Assembly (NCBI RefSeq): GCF_048403405.1
Contig: NZ_CP183129.1
Source of the DNA: Escherichia coli
Lineage (GTDB): Bacteria > Pseudomonadota > Gammaproteobacteria > Enterobacterales > Enterobacteriaceae
Strand: one strand, 5' to 3'
Length of the DNA stretch: 64,000 nt
The notes below the pieces were generated by a model. That model was given only the letters and a program-made list of their open reading frames with translations, did no database searches and was not told the DNA's origin. A program made the translations under genes and the position numbers. Of the stretch, positions 44,139 to 57,637 are shown one piece after another (the first letter of the stretch is position 1; the number at the start of each line of letters is the position of its first letter).

Positions 44139-45455
44139 TCAGTTAGTTGCCGTTTGAGAACGGAAACGGGCAAAGATAAAGATGACTGCGAAGCAGAGTG
44201 CCGGGATCAGTTCGGCAGTGGGGATGTTGCCCGCTGCGTCACTGACAAAACCCATGACCGGAGTGACAATACCGCCGCCAATAATGGTCATAACGATGAA
44301 GGACGAACCGTATTTGGTGTCCTGGCCGAGATTCTTAATGCCCAGCGAGAAGATTGTTGGGTACTGAATCGACATAAAGGCACTGCATAATGTCAGGGCT
44401 ATTAAGCCCACATGACCGCCAGCGAAGGCTGAGATCAGGCACAGTGCCATAGCGATTAATGCGTAGGCTGCCAGGACTTTGTGTGGTGCGAAGCGACTGA
44501 TGAGCCAGGTACCGGTGAAACGACCAATAAAGAAGCACACCATGGTTCCGGTTAAATAGTTAGCGGCAAAGCCTGCGGTCATACCTGGAATTTCTTCTAC
44601 AGCGTAGCGAATCAAATAGCTCCAGCAGGCCGTTTGCGCGCCGACATAGCAGAATTGCGCTAATACCGCCCAGCGCCAGTGACGAATACGCGCCAGACGA
44701 GAAAGCGATGCGGAGAACGATCCTTGTTTGGCGTCACTGTGATTATCACTCTGCAATGCCGGGAATTTCGTCAGCATGATCAGCAGGGCGACCAGTAACA
44801 CGATAGCCACGATGATCATATAAGGTGTCTGTACCGATAATACCAGGCTGTGTTTATACGCACTCAATTGCTCTGGAGACATTTTATCGAGAACGTCTTG
44901 CGATTGATGTGGCACGTTAGACAAAATAAGACTTTGTCCAAAGACAACCGCGATAATTGCGCCAAACGAGTTAAATGTTTGCGCAAGATTTAAGCGGAAG
45001 TGACCACTGCTTTCCGGCCCTAATACCGTAACAAAAGGGTTTGCGGCAGTTTCCAGACAACCTAATCCGGCTGCAATAATAAATAGGCCAACTAAAAATA
45101 AGGTGTAGTTCATTATTTCTGCAGCGGGCCAGAATAATGCAGCGCCCAAGGCATATAAAAATAATCCGGTAATAATCCCTGCTTTATAACTGAGTTTTTT
45201 CATCAATATCCCAGCAGGGATTGGGATAATGAAATAACCAAAGTAAAAGGCCGATTGGATCAGGCCAGCCTGGAAATTTGTCAGCGTAAAAGCCTGCTGG
45301 AATTGAGGTAATAAAATGTCGTTAAGGTTATTGGCTACCGCCCAAAGAAAAAACAGTGAGCACAGCAGCGCGAATGGAATAATGTAACTTCTGCTTTGCC
45401 CTGCATCTTTATCTACCGCACGGTAACTCTGCGTTTGTATTGATGTGTTTCCCAT
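44139..45455 (-). CDS. fucP: L-fucose:H+ symporter (MFS)
   Basis: 438-aa polytopic ORF, first gene of the fucPIKUR transcript. Confidence 0.95.
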   Translation of the reverse strand: MGNTSIQTQSYRAVDKDAGQSRSYIIPFALLCSLFFLWAVANNLNDILLPQFQQAFTLTNFQAGLIQSAFYFGYFIIPIPAGILMKKLSYKAGIITGLFLYALGAALFWPAAEIMNYTLFLVGLFIIAAGLGCLETAANPFVTVLGPESSGHFRLNLAQTFNSFGAIIAVVFGQSLILSNVPHQSQDVLDKMSPEQLSAYKHSLVLSVQTPYMIIVAIVLLVALLIMLTKFPALQSDNHSDAKQGSFSASLSRLARIRHWRWAVLAQFCYVGAQTACWSYLIRYAVEEIPGMTAGFAANYLTGTMVCFFIGRFTGTWLISRFAPHKVLAAYALIAMALCLISAFAGGHVGLIALTLCSAFMSIQYPTIFSLGIKNLGQDTKYGSSFIVMTIIGGGIVTPVMGFVSDAAGNIPTAELIPALCFAVIFIFARFRSQTATN

Positions 45456-45643
45456 AGCATCCTCTTAGGTTCAGAAGCTTAAGCACGTAATCGGTTATGT
45501 TTTCAAAAGTGCAAAACCAGCGAGTTCGGGCTTCATATCAGTGAATATTTGCCTGTCAGAAATGAACTCATGGATTCATTTTCAAATAAAAAACGCTCTG
45601 TAATATGACGGCGGTCACACTTATTAGCTGGGAGGTGACTTTA

Positions 45644-45659
45644 TGTGACTACCATCACT
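45644..45659. promoter_or_regulatory. candidate CRP site (tgtga-N6-tcact) in the divergent fucP/fucA control region
   Basis: Read directly; 9/10 match to the TGTGA-N6-TCACA consensus; position in the fuc regulatory region. Confidence 0.35.
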
Positions 45660-46001
45660 TTAATAATCGAAATTTCATGCCCGTTTCAGAAAATAAATCA
45701 TAAAAAACACAAACCCGATGACCGTATTAATTGTTTGTGCCGAAAACGGGCATTTCTGGCGAGGGGGAATGGAAAAATGACCGTTTTGATAAATATTTTT
45801 AAGAGCGGTCATTTTTAATAGGGTTATAAAAAGAGAACTTGCGGTTATTTACTATGATTAGTTGAACCAGGTCACAAAATATAAGCTTGTGAATTTCTTT
45901 CTGGTTAATCAGGAAGAAGATGGTGGGTAATTAAACGGCTAATTCAATAGTGTGAAAGGAACAACATTATTGCCCTGTTTTGAATCAGAGAGAGGTAGCT
46001 A

Positions 46002-46649
46002 ATGGAACGAAATAAACTTGCTCGTCAGATTATTGACACTTGCCTGGAAATGACCCGCCTGGGACTGAACCAGGGGACAGCGGGTAACGTCAGTGTACGT
46101 TATCAGGATGGGATGCTGATTACGCCTACAGGTATTCCATATGAAAAACTGACGGAGTCGCATATTGTCTTTATTGATGGCAACGGTAAACATGAGGAAG
46201 GAAAGCTCCCCTCAAGCGAATGGCGTTTCCATATGGCGGCCTATCAAAGCAGACCGGATGCCAACGCGGTTGTTCACAATCATGCCGTTCATTGCACGGC
46301 AGTTTCCATTCTTAACCGACCAATCCCCGCTATTCACTACATGATTGCGGCGGCTGGCGGTAATTCTATTCCTTGCGCGCCTTATGCGACCTTTGGAACA
46401 CGTGAACTTTCTGAACATGTTGCGCTGGCTCTCAAAAATCGTAAGGCAACTTTGTTACAACATCATGGGCTTATCGCTTGTGAGGTGAATCTGGAAAAAG
46501 CGTTATGGCTGGCGCATGAAGTTGAAGTGCTGGCGCAACTTTACCTGACGACCCTAGCGATTACGGACCCGGTGCCAGTGCTGAGCGATGAAGAGATTGC
46601 CGTAGTGCTGGAGAAATTCAAAACCTACGGGTTACGGATTGAAGAGTAA
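46002..46649 (+). CDS. fucA: L-fuculose-1-phosphate aldolase (class II)
   Basis: 215-aa ORF divergent from fucP. Confidence 0.95.
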   Translation: MERNKLARQIIDTCLEMTRLGLNQGTAGNVSVRYQDGMLITPTGIPYEKLTESHIVFIDGNGKHEEGKLPSSEWRFHMAAYQSRPDANAVVHNHAVHCTAVSILNRPIPAIHYMIAAAGGNSIPCAPYATFGTRELSEHVALALKNRKATLLQHHGLIACEVNLEKALWLAHEVEVLAQLYLTTLAITDPVPVLSDEEIAVVLEKFKTYGLRIEE

Positions 46650-46676
46650 TTTCGTAAAGCAACAAGGAGAAGGATG

Positions 46677-47825
46677 ATGGCTAACAGAATGATTCTGAAC
46701 GAAACGGCATGGTTTGGTCGGGGTGCTGTTGGGGCTTTAACCGATGAGGTGAAACGCCGTGGTTATCAGAAGGCGCTGATCGTCACCGATAAAACGCTGG
46801 TGCAATGCGGCGTGGTGGCGAAAGTGACCGATAAGATGGATGCTGCAGGGCTGGCATGGGCGATTTACGACGGCGTAGTGCCCAACCCAACAATTACTGT
46901 CGTCAAAGAAGGGCTCGGTGTATTCCAGAATAGCGGCGCGGATTACCTGATCGCTATTGGTGGTGGTTCTCCACAGGATACTTGTAAAGCGATTGGCATT
47001 ATCAGCAACAACCCGGAGTTTGCCGATGTGCGTAGCCTGGAAGGACTTTCCCCGACCAATAAACCCAGTGTACCGATTCTGGCAATCCCCACCACAGCAG
47101 GCACTGCGGCAGAAGTGACCATTAACTACGTGATCACTGACGAAGAAAAACGGCGCAAGTTTGTTTGCGTTGATCCGCATGATATCCCGCAGGTGGCGTT
47201 TATTGACGCTGACATGATGGATGGTATGCCTCCAGCGCTGAAAGCTGCGATGGGTGTCGATGCGCTCACTCATGCTATTGAGGGGTATATTACCCGTGGC
47301 GCGTGGGCGCTAACCGATGCACTGCACATTAAAGCGATTGAAATCATTGCTGGGGCGCTGCGAGGATCGGTTGCTGGTGATAAGGATGCCGGAGAAGAAA
47401 TGGCGCTCGGGCAGTATGTTGCGGGTATGGGCTTCTCGAATGTTGGGTTAGGGTTGGTGCATGGTATGGCGCATCCACTGGGCGCGTTTTATAACACTCC
47501 ACACGGTGTTGCGAACGCCATCCTGTTACCGCATGTCATGCGCTATAACGCTGACTTTACCGGTGAGAAGTACCGCGATATCGCGCGCGTTATGGGCGTG
47601 AAAGTGGAAGGTATGAGCCTGGAAGAGGCGCGTAATGCCGCTGTTGAAGCGGTGTTTGCTCTCAACCGTGATGTCGGTATTCCGCCACATTTGCGTGACG
47701 TTGGTGTACGCAAGGAAGACATTCCGGCACTGGCGCAGGCGGCGCTTGATGACGTTTGTACCGGTGGCAACCCGCGCGAAGCAACGCTTGAGGATATTGT
47801 AGAGCTTTACCATACCGCCTGGTAA
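46677..47825 (+). CDS. fucO: L-1,2-propanediol oxidoreductase (iron-containing alcohol dehydrogenase)
   Basis: Fe-ADH family ORF; start MANRMILNETAWFGRG (ORF-track 46674). Confidence 0.95.
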   Translation: MANRMILNETAWFGRGAVGALTDEVKRRGYQKALIVTDKTLVQCGVVAKVTDKMDAAGLAWAIYDGVVPNPTITVVKEGLGVFQNSGADYLIAIGGGSPQDTCKAIGIISNNPEFADVRSLEGLSPTNKPSVPILAIPTTAGTAAEVTINYVITDEEKRRKFVCVDPHDIPQVAFIDADMMDGMPPALKAAMGVDALTHAIEGYITRGAWALTDALHIKAIEIIAGALRGSVAGDKDAGEEMALGQYVAGMGFSNVGLGLVHGMAHPLGAFYNTPHGVANAILLPHVMRYNADFTGEKYRDIARVMGVKVEGMSLEEARNAAVEAVFALNRDVGIPPHLRDVGVRKEDIPALAQAALDDVCTGGNPREATLEDIVELYHTAW

Positions 47826-47842
47826 ATGCGCTGATGTGATAA

Positions 47843-47879
47843 TGCCGGATGCGACGCTAGCTGCGTCTTATCCGGCGTA
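47843..47879. repeat. REP-like palindromic unit downstream of fucO
   Basis: tgccggatgcgacgctagctgcgtcttatccggcgta read directly. Confidence 0.55.
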
Positions 47880-47929
47880 TAAGTTCATTAAATTCAATGT
47901 GTTGATAATCGTTTGCATCCGGCACGCCG

Positions 47930-50163
<2,234 letters not shown>

Positions 50164-50220
50164 AGGAAATACATCGCGTTAAAACGGAGGAAGCGCCGCC
50201 CGAAAGCGGCGCGAAAGGAC

Positions 50221-51510
50221 TTAGCTGAACAGAGAGTAGAAGATTGCGGAGATTGCAATCAGACCCATCACGACAACGAATACGTTGCTGATGTGACCGC
50301 TGTACTTACGCATTGCCGGTACTTTCTGAATTGCGTACATCGGCATCAGGAACAGGATCATCGCGATGATTGGGCCGCCCAGGGTTTCAATCATACCCAG
50401 GATGCTCGGGTTCAGGGTGGCAACAATCCAGGTCGTTACCAGCATGAACAGCGCAGTGATACGGTTCAGCTTGTTGATTTCGATAGACTTACCTTTACCA
50501 CGCAGAGATTTAATCACCATACCGTTGAAGCCTTCACGTGCGCCCAGGTAGTGGCCGAGGAAGGATTTGGTGATAGCGATAATCGCGATAATCGGAGCCA
50601 TCCACGCGATAACCGGTGCGTTAAAGTGGTTAGCCAGGTAAGACAGAATCGAGATGTTCTGCTCTTTAGCCGCAGCCAGGTCTGCCGGAGTCAGGCTCAG
50701 TACGCAGCTGAATACGAAGAACATTACGGTCAGCACCATCATGATGTGTGCGAATGCCAGGATCTTCGAGCATTTCTGTTCTGCCATATCGCCGTACTCT
50801 TCACGCTTCGCAACAGCGAAAGAAGAGATGATCGGAGAGTGGTTGAACGAGAACACCATTACTGGAATTGCCAGCCACAGGGTCATCCACAGACCGTTTC
50901 CGGTTGCCGATGCAGTGTCCAGAGACAGCGTTTCCAGTGCTGCGCCGTTCCACTGCGGGATCAGGTACAGAGCCAGCAGCATCAGTACGCCAACAAACGG
51001 GAATACCAGAATACTCATCGCTTTAACGATCATCTGCTCACCGAAGCGAACGATGGTCATCATACCCACGATCAGGATCAGCGACAGAATCGCACGCGGC
51101 GGTGGTGTCATACCCAGCTGATGAGACATGAAGCTTTCAACTGTATTGGTGATTGCCACGCTATAAACCAGCAGGATCGGGTAGATAGCGAAGAAGTAGA
51201 GCAGGGTAATCAGTTTACCTGCGCCAATACCAAAGTGTTCTTCTACAACCTCGGTGATGTCTTCGCCTGGGTTTTTACCAGACAGTACGAAGCGAGTCAG
51301 GCCGCGGTGAGCAAAAAATGTCATCGGGAACGCAAGGATAGCCATGATGATCAGCGGGATCATACCGCCAACACCGGCGTTGATTGGCAGGAACAGCACG
51401 CCCGCGCCGATTGCCGTGCCGTAAAGGCCCAGCATCCACATGGTGTCTGTCTTGCGCCAGGCACTACGAGAGTCTTTCGACGCAATCGTGCTGGTTTGAG
51501 TCGTTTCCAT
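50221..51510 (-). CDS. sdaC: serine:H+ symporter
   Basis: 429-aa polytopic ORF. Confidence 0.95.
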   Translation of the reverse strand: METTQTSTIASKDSRSAWRKTDTMWMLGLYGTAIGAGVLFLPINAGVGGMIPLIIMAILAFPMTFFAHRGLTRFVLSGKNPGEDITEVVEEHFGIGAGKLITLLYFFAIYPILLVYSVAITNTVESFMSHQLGMTPPPRAILSLILIVGMMTIVRFGEQMIVKAMSILVFPFVGVLMLLALYLIPQWNGAALETLSLDTASATGNGLWMTLWLAIPVMVFSFNHSPIISSFAVAKREEYGDMAEQKCSKILAFAHIMMVLTVMFFVFSCVLSLTPADLAAAKEQNISILSYLANHFNAPVIAWMAPIIAIIAITKSFLGHYLGAREGFNGMVIKSLRGKGKSIEINKLNRITALFMLVTTWIVATLNPSILGMIETLGGPIIAMILFLMPMYAIQKVPAMRKYSGHISNVFVVVMGLIAISAIFYSLFS

Positions 51511-52065
51511 CTATTTCTCCTGGAGGAATGCAAATAATTCAGCTTTTAGCCAGTTCAGCCCGGGAAGGTGCCTGACCGTAAAAATGAAATCTGTCTATCG
51601 GCGATGGCTTAATCATTTACCGCCGTAATAATTTGAGGGCGGAAAGATACACACAAGTTATGTATCTATCAGTGATCTTGATCCCAAATACAATAATCTA
51701 CTTGGAAGATAGATTATCCCAACGCTTTACTCTGTAAATCAAAAGTAAAAGAGAATTTAAGGGCAATATTTGCCCATTAAACGACATCTGACTTCTTCCG
51801 GGGCGCGCAATATATGTAGGTTGAACTGAAAAAATCAATACTTTTAGTTAATCATGGCGATAATTTCTTTTTCATAGCGATAAAATGTGGTTTATGAAAA
51901 TAGGGAAACGTTTGCGTTGCAATATAAATTGTATGACATATTAACTGTGATGATATTTATCGCGTGAGGGTGGTAAGAAACATTCATATAACAAATGAAA
52001 TAAATTGATGGGTATGTGACCAAAAACGAGAAAACCCGGCAACAAACGTCACCGGGGGAGGGAGA

Positions 52066-53430
52066 TTACGTGCAGATTTCGTAGCAAGGGATGTAGGCTG
52101 AGCCTGGCAACTTCATACGATGCTGGGCAACAAAACCCTGTAGCAGGTCGTCCATACGACGCATAATCTCTTTATCGCCGTTGATTTTGTAAGGACCAAA
52201 CTCTTCAATGGCGCGAATACCGACTTCTTTTACGTTACCCGCCACAATACCGGAGAACGCACGGCGCAGGTCGGCAGCCAGCACTTCAACGGGTTGATCC
52301 GGGTAAAGCTTCAGATTAGCCATATTCTCGTGAGAGGGCTCAAACGGCATTTGCAAATCTGGCGCAATGCGCATTGACCAGTTAAAGCTGTAGGCATCGC
52401 CTGTGTCGCGGCGATTTTCTTTCACCAGCGGCATCGATTTTTTCATCTGACGAGCGACTTCAGCGGCGTCATCAATGATGATGCGGTAATGGCGGCGCGC
52501 GTTTTCACCCAACGTATGCACGACAAACTCGTCCAGTACGCGGAAGTAGTCGGCGCTCTCTTTCGGGCCGGTGAGGATCAATGGTAAAACCTGATCTTTG
52601 TTGGCCGGGTTCATTAAAATTCCCAGCAAATACAGCAACTCTTCTGCCGTACCCACACCGCCAGGGAAGATAATGATACCGTGAGCGATACGGACAAACG
52701 CTTCCAGACGTTTTTCGATATCTGGCATGATGATCAATTCGTTGACCAGCGGGTTAGGCGGTTCAGCGGCGATAATCGACGGTTCTGTCATACCAATAAA
52801 ACGACTGTCTTTGTAACGCTGCTGTGCGTGTCCGACCGCAGCGCCTTTCATCGGCGCTTCCATCGCTCCCGGACCACAGCCGGTGCAGATATTCAGCTCA
52901 CGCAGGCCCAGCTGATTCCCGACGCGACGGGCATACAAATACTCGTTTTCGTTAATTGAGTGCCCGCCCCAGCAGACCACCATATTTGGCGCTTCACCGA
53001 CATGCAGCGCGCGAGCGTTACGCAAGATGGAAAAGACCAGGTTAGTGATGTGGACGGAGTTGTCGAGATTCAGGTTGGGAAAACGAACGGTGTTATGGAT
53101 TTGCCCGTAAACGAAGAGAATGTCACGCAGAACCGCGAACAAGTTGGCCTGCAAAGCGCGAATAATTCGCCCATCGACAAAAGCCTCTTCCGGGGGATTA
53201 ATCAGTTCCAGCTTTACGCCGCGTTCACGGCGCAAGACGTTAATATCGAAATTTTCAAAACGAGACAGCAATTCTTTGCTGTTATCGGTCAAACTACCGG
53301 AGTTCAGTACGGCAAGTGAACAGTTGCGAAACAGTTGATAGAGGTCGCTGCTGGCGGTGCGTTTAAGCATATCCACTTCCAGCTGCGACAACATATCCAT
53401 GGAGCCAAGCGGGCTAATATGTGTAATCAA
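52066..53430 (-). CDS. ppnN: nucleotide 5'-monophosphate nucleosidase (LOG family)
   Basis: 454-aa ORF with LOG-family motif (PGGVGTAEE). Confidence 0.85.
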
Positions 53431-53541
53431 GAAAAACTCCTTATGGGACGAATATCGTCATTCCCTTTGATTACAATAGCCCTGCCTGATGACCTTTCAC
53501 AACCTTCTGCGTGAATCCAGCACGCAAAATTGAGAAAAAAT

Positions 53542-54390
53542 TTATTGCCGAACCAGTCTTGTGGTCGATGGGACAAAATCGCTATTACTGCGCCACGGGT
53601 TAATGTCCAGACCGCCACGACGGGTATAACGTGCGTAAACGCTCAATTTCTCTGGCTGGCAGAAGCGTAACAGGTCATTAAAGATGCGTTCCACGCACTG
53701 TTCGTGGAACTCGTTGTGATGGCGGAAAGAAACCAGGTAACGCAGCAGTTTTTCTCTGTCAATTTGGCGTCCACGATACTGAATTTGGATCGATCCCCAA
53801 TCTGGTTGATGGGTGATCAGGCAGTTTGATTTCAGCAGGTGGCTGACGAGCGTCTCTTCTACTACTTTTTCGCCACTGGTGGCATTCTCCAGATAGTCAG
53901 TAGTGAATTCATAGTTATCGATAGTGATATCCTGGTCATCAATGCAAGTGCCATTGAAATGACCTATCGGTTGGCCTTCCAGTTCATCAAGACGATATAA
54001 CGCCACGCTAACCTTACCCTGAGCGCAAGTGCTTAAGTCGCGCTCCAGCGTCTGGCGCACCTCATCCCAGTTATTAAAACGCGTCTGGTTAAAACTGTTG
54101 AGATAGAGCTTAAAACTCTTCGATTCAATCAGATTTGCGCTGGTGTAATCAAGTTCAACATGACCGACGGCGACCTGCGGCAAACCTTTCGCATTCAGCC
54201 AGGAAAGTTCATATAGCGTCCAGATATCCGTACCGTGAAAAGGCAGGTTATCCGCTTTCAGACCCAGCGGATCGCGATTCAGACTACGCGGAACGCCTTG
54301 CAGTAGGCTGGCGTCATAGGTATCCCGGTAATCGGTTGATTTTCCAAGAGTCAGGCCCGCAAGTGCCTGATGGTTTGCATAAGAAGACAT
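53542..54390 (-). CDS. queF: NADPH-dependent 7-cyano-7-deazaguanine reductase
   Basis: 282-aa two-domain QueF-type ORF; synteny. Confidence 0.9.
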
Positions 54391-54457
54391 GTTTCACCGT
54401 CATAAACCAGATAAACTAAACGACAAGTGTATCTGGTTTAAGTGAAGAGAGAAATTA

Positions 54458-55003
54458 GTGGACGATTTGACCGCACAAGCCCTGAAAGATTTTACTGCAC
54501 GCTACTGCGATGCGTGGCATGAAGAGCATAAAAGCTGGCCGTTGAGTGAGGAACTGTACGGCGTTCCTTCACCGTGCATTATTTCAACCACCGAAGATGC
54601 CGTATACTGGCAACCCCAGCCGTTTACCGGGGAACAAAATGTAAACGCGGTTGAACGCGCTTTTGATCTTGTGATACAACCCACAATTCATACCTTTTAT
54701 ACGACTCAGTTTGCCGGGGATATGCACGCGCAGTTTGGCGATATCAAACTGACATTGCTGCAAACCTGGAGTGAAGACGACTTCCGTCGGGTGCAGGAAA
54801 ATCTGATTGGTCATCTGGTGACTCAGAAAAGGCTAAAATTGCCGCCCACGCTATTTATCGCGACGCTGGAAGAAGAGTTAGAGGTCATCTCGGTGTGTAA
54901 TCTCTCCGGTGAAGTGTGTAAAGAGACGCTGGGAACACGTAAACGGACGCATTTAGCCTCAAATCTTGCGGAATTCCTTAATCAACTTAAGCCTCTTCTG
55001 TAA
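54458..55003 (+). CDS. syd: SecY-interacting protein Syd
   Basis: 181-aa ORF upstream of csrB. Confidence 0.85.
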   Translation: MDDLTAQALKDFTARYCDAWHEEHKSWPLSEELYGVPSPCIISTTEDAVYWQPQPFTGEQNVNAVERAFDLVIQPTIHTFYTTQFAGDMHAQFGDIKLTLLQTWSEDDFRRVQENLIGHLVTQKRLKLPPTLFIATLEEELEVISVCNLSGEVCKETLGTRKRTHLASNLAEFLNQLKPLL

Positions 55004-55022
55004 TCCAAATACCCCATCTGGT

Positions 55023-55040
55023 TGTGAGAGATCTCTTACA
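55023..55040. promoter_or_regulatory. 18-bp imperfect palindrome TGTGAGAGATCTCTTACA, UvrY(SirA)-type response-regulator binding site upstream of csrB
   Basis: Read directly; matches the UvrY/SirA site described for csrB as I remember it; about 175-190 bp upstream of the csrB 5' end. Confidence 0.6.
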
Positions 55041-55213
55041 GACTCTGTAGGAGATCGCCAGGAAATAAGCGAATACTTAAAAAGATAAGAATCGTTATTT
55101 TCATTTAAAATCAATATATTGCTTGTCAATTCTTAACTTTCATATGAAGTTTTCCTTAAGGCATTGTCTGTAAGCGCCTTGTAAGACTTCGCGAAAAAGA
55201 CGATTCTATCTTC

Positions 55214-55580
55214 GTCGACAGGGAGTCAGACAACGAAGTGAACATCAGGATGATGACACTTCTGAAGGACACACCAGGATGGTGTTTCAGGGAAAGGCTT
55301 CTGGATGAAGCGAAGAGGATGACGCAGGACGCGTTAAAGGACACCTCCAGGATGGAGAATGAGAACCGGTCAGGATGATTCGGTGGGTCAGGAAGGCCAG
55401 GGACACTTCAGGATGAAGTATCACATCGGGGTGGTGTGAGCAGGAAGCAATAGTTCAGGATGAACGATTGGCCGCAAGGCCAGAGGAAAAGTTGTCAAGG
55501 ATGAGCAGGGAGCAACAAAAGTAGCTGGAATGCTGCGAAACGAACCGGGAGCACTGTGAATACAGTGCTCCCTTTTTTTA
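55214..55580 (+). ncRNA. csrB: CsrB regulatory RNA (CsrA-sequestering; many GGA motifs; strong intrinsic terminator)
   Basis: Starts GTCGACAGGGAGTCAGACAACG...; roughly 18 CAGGA(U/A)G-type GGA motifs counted by eye; ends with hairpin gggagcactgtgaatacagtgctccc plus T8. Confidence 0.9.
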
Positions 55581-55624
55581 TTCCTGCTATCCTTCGCGGC
55601 AGTTTTTCTTATTGAGGTTGCTTT

Positions 55625-55954
55625 ATGACCACTCATGACCGCGTTCGTCTCCAGCTGCAGGCGCTTGAAGCATTACTGCGTGAACATCAGCACTGGCAAA
55701 ACGATGAACCCCAGCCGCATCAATTTAACAGTACCCAACCGTTCTTTATGGACACCATGGAACCACTGGAGTGGTTGCAGTGGGTGCTGATCCCGCGAAT
55801 GCACGATTTGTTAGATAACAACCAGCCGTTACCGGGCGCTTTTGCCGTTGCACCCTATTATGAAATGGTGCTGGCGACGGACCACCCGCAACGCGCGCTT
55901 ATTCTGGCTGAGCTGGAAAAACTGGATGCTCTTTTTGCGGATGATGCGAGCTAA
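55625..55954 (+). CDS. yqcC: DUF446 family protein
   Basis: 109-aa ORF; stop overlaps the truC start. Confidence 0.8.
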   Translation: MTTHDRVRLQLQALEALLREHQHWQNDEPQPHQFNSTQPFFMDTMEPLEWLQWVLIPRMHDLLDNNQPLPGAFAVAPYYEMVLATDHPQRALILAELEKLDALFADDAS

Positions 55955-56736
55955 TGCTGGAAATACTCTATCAGGATGAATGGCTGGTTGCGGTAAATAA
56001 ACCCTCCGGCTGGCTGGTTCACCGCAGCTGGCTGGATCGCGACGAGAAAGTAGTGGTCATGCAAACCGTGCGTGACCAGATAGGCCAGCATGTGTTTACT
56101 GCTCATCGTCTGGACCGACCAACTTCTGGTGTGTTGTTGATGGGATTATCCAGCGAGGCCGGACGGCTGCTGGCACAACAGTTTGAACAGCACCAAATCC
56201 AGAAACGTTACCATGCGATTGTGCGCGGCTGGTTGATGGAAGAAGCAGTTCTGGATTATCCACTGGTGGAAGAACTGGACAAAATCGCTGATAAATTTGC
56301 CCGCGAAGATAAAGGCCCACAGCCAGCAGTGACGCATTATCGCGGTCTGGCGACCGTAGAAATGCCGGTAGCGACCGGACGTTACCCGACCACGCGCTAC
56401 GGCCTGGTGGAACTGGAGCCGAAAACCGGACGCAAGCACCAGCTCCGTCGCCATCTTGCCCATTTGCGCCACCCGATTATTGGCGACAGCAAACATGGTG
56501 ATTTACGCCAGAATCGCAGCGGTGCTGAACATTTTGGCCTTCAGCGGTTAATGCTGCATGCCAGTCAGTTGTCATTGACGCATCCTTTTACTGGCGAGCC
56601 GCTGACTATTCACGCGGGCCTGGACGACACCTGGATGCAGGCGTTATCACAATTTGGCTGGCGGGGGCTGCTTCCTGAAAATGAAAGGGTTGAGTTCAGT
56701 GCGCCATCGGGTCAGGATGGAGAGATAAGTTCCTAA
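55954..56736 (+). CDS. truC: tRNA pseudouridine(65) synthase
   Basis: 260-aa RluA-family pseudouridine synthase ORF (catalytic Asp region [12 protein letters not shown]). Confidence 0.9.
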   Translation: MLEILYQDEWLVAVNKPSGWLVHRSWLDRDEKVVVMQTVRDQIGQHVFTAHRLDRPTSGVLLMGLSSEAGRLLAQQFEQHQIQKRYHAIVRGWLMEEAVLDYPLVEELDKIADKFAREDKGPQPAVTHYRGLATVEMPVATGRYPTTRYGLVELEPKTGRKHQLRRHLAHLRHPIIGDSKHGDLRQNRSGAEHFGLQRLMLHASQLSLTHPFTGEPLTIHAGLDDTWMQALSQFGWRGLLPENERVEFSAPSGQDGEISS

Positions 56737-56753
56737 TCCAGGGAGAAAACGGT

Positions 56754-57203
56754 ATGGCGGAAATTGGTATTTTTGTGGGCACTATGTACGGAAATTCGCT
56801 GTTAGTGGCGGAAGAAGCGGAAGCAATTCTGACCGCGCAGGGCCACAAAGCAACGGTATTTGAAGATCCTGAATTAAGCGACTGGCTGCCCTATCAGGAT
56901 AAGTATGTTCTGGTGGTTACGTCCACGACCGGGCAGGGCGACCTTCCTGATAGCATTGTGCCGCTCTTTCAGGGAATCAAAGATACCCTGGGCTTCCAGC
57001 CGAATCTGCGTTATGGCGTGATTGCGCTCGGCGACAGTAGTTATGTGAATTTCTGCAATGGCGGCAAACAGTTCGATACCTTGTTGCAGGAACAGAGCGC
57101 TCAGCGGGTTGGCGAAATGCTGTTGATTGACGCCAGTGAGAACCCGGAACCGGAAACGGAATCAAATCCGTGGGTCGAACATTGGGGCACGCTGTTGTCC
57201 TGA
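56754..57203 (+). CDS. yqcA: flavodoxin-like protein
   Basis: 149-aa ORF with flavodoxin N-terminal FMN-binding pattern. Confidence 0.85.
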   Translation: MAEIGIFVGTMYGNSLLVAEEAEAILTAQGHKATVFEDPELSDWLPYQDKYVLVVTSTTGQGDLPDSIVPLFQGIKDTLGFQPNLRYGVIALGDSSYVNFCNGGKQFDTLLQEQSAQRVGEMLLIDASENPEPETESNPWVEHWGTLLS

Positions 57204-57637
57204 TATGTTCAGCGAGCGGTAAATGCCGTTTTAGCGGTGCTGAATCGAATCTTTTCAGGCAAATGCCAGTAAAAACTGCTTCATAGCGCGGATTTTTACT
57301 GGCGTTTGCCTGGAGTCAAGCGATCCATTTCATACTCTTCTTTATTTCTTCGTTTTAACCCTTCCTTTCTTGTTCTTGTTTTCATTTCCGTGAAGTGGAT
57401 TCCACCGTCCAGGGCTAATGCCAAAATCGGGCCTCATTGAACGCATTAATGTTGTGTTGTTGCACGGTGAGCCGCTATGGCGCGCTTTTTATACTGCTAT
57501 TGCCAGATATAAACACGCGCCGTATTCGGCGAACGACCTATAAAAACGGCAAAAAACACCCTACGTCACCTCTGATTTCCTGGCGATGTCGCAGTCCAGA
57601 GTGAGCGTGGCTAACGCGAATTTTCAGGAGTGCAACA

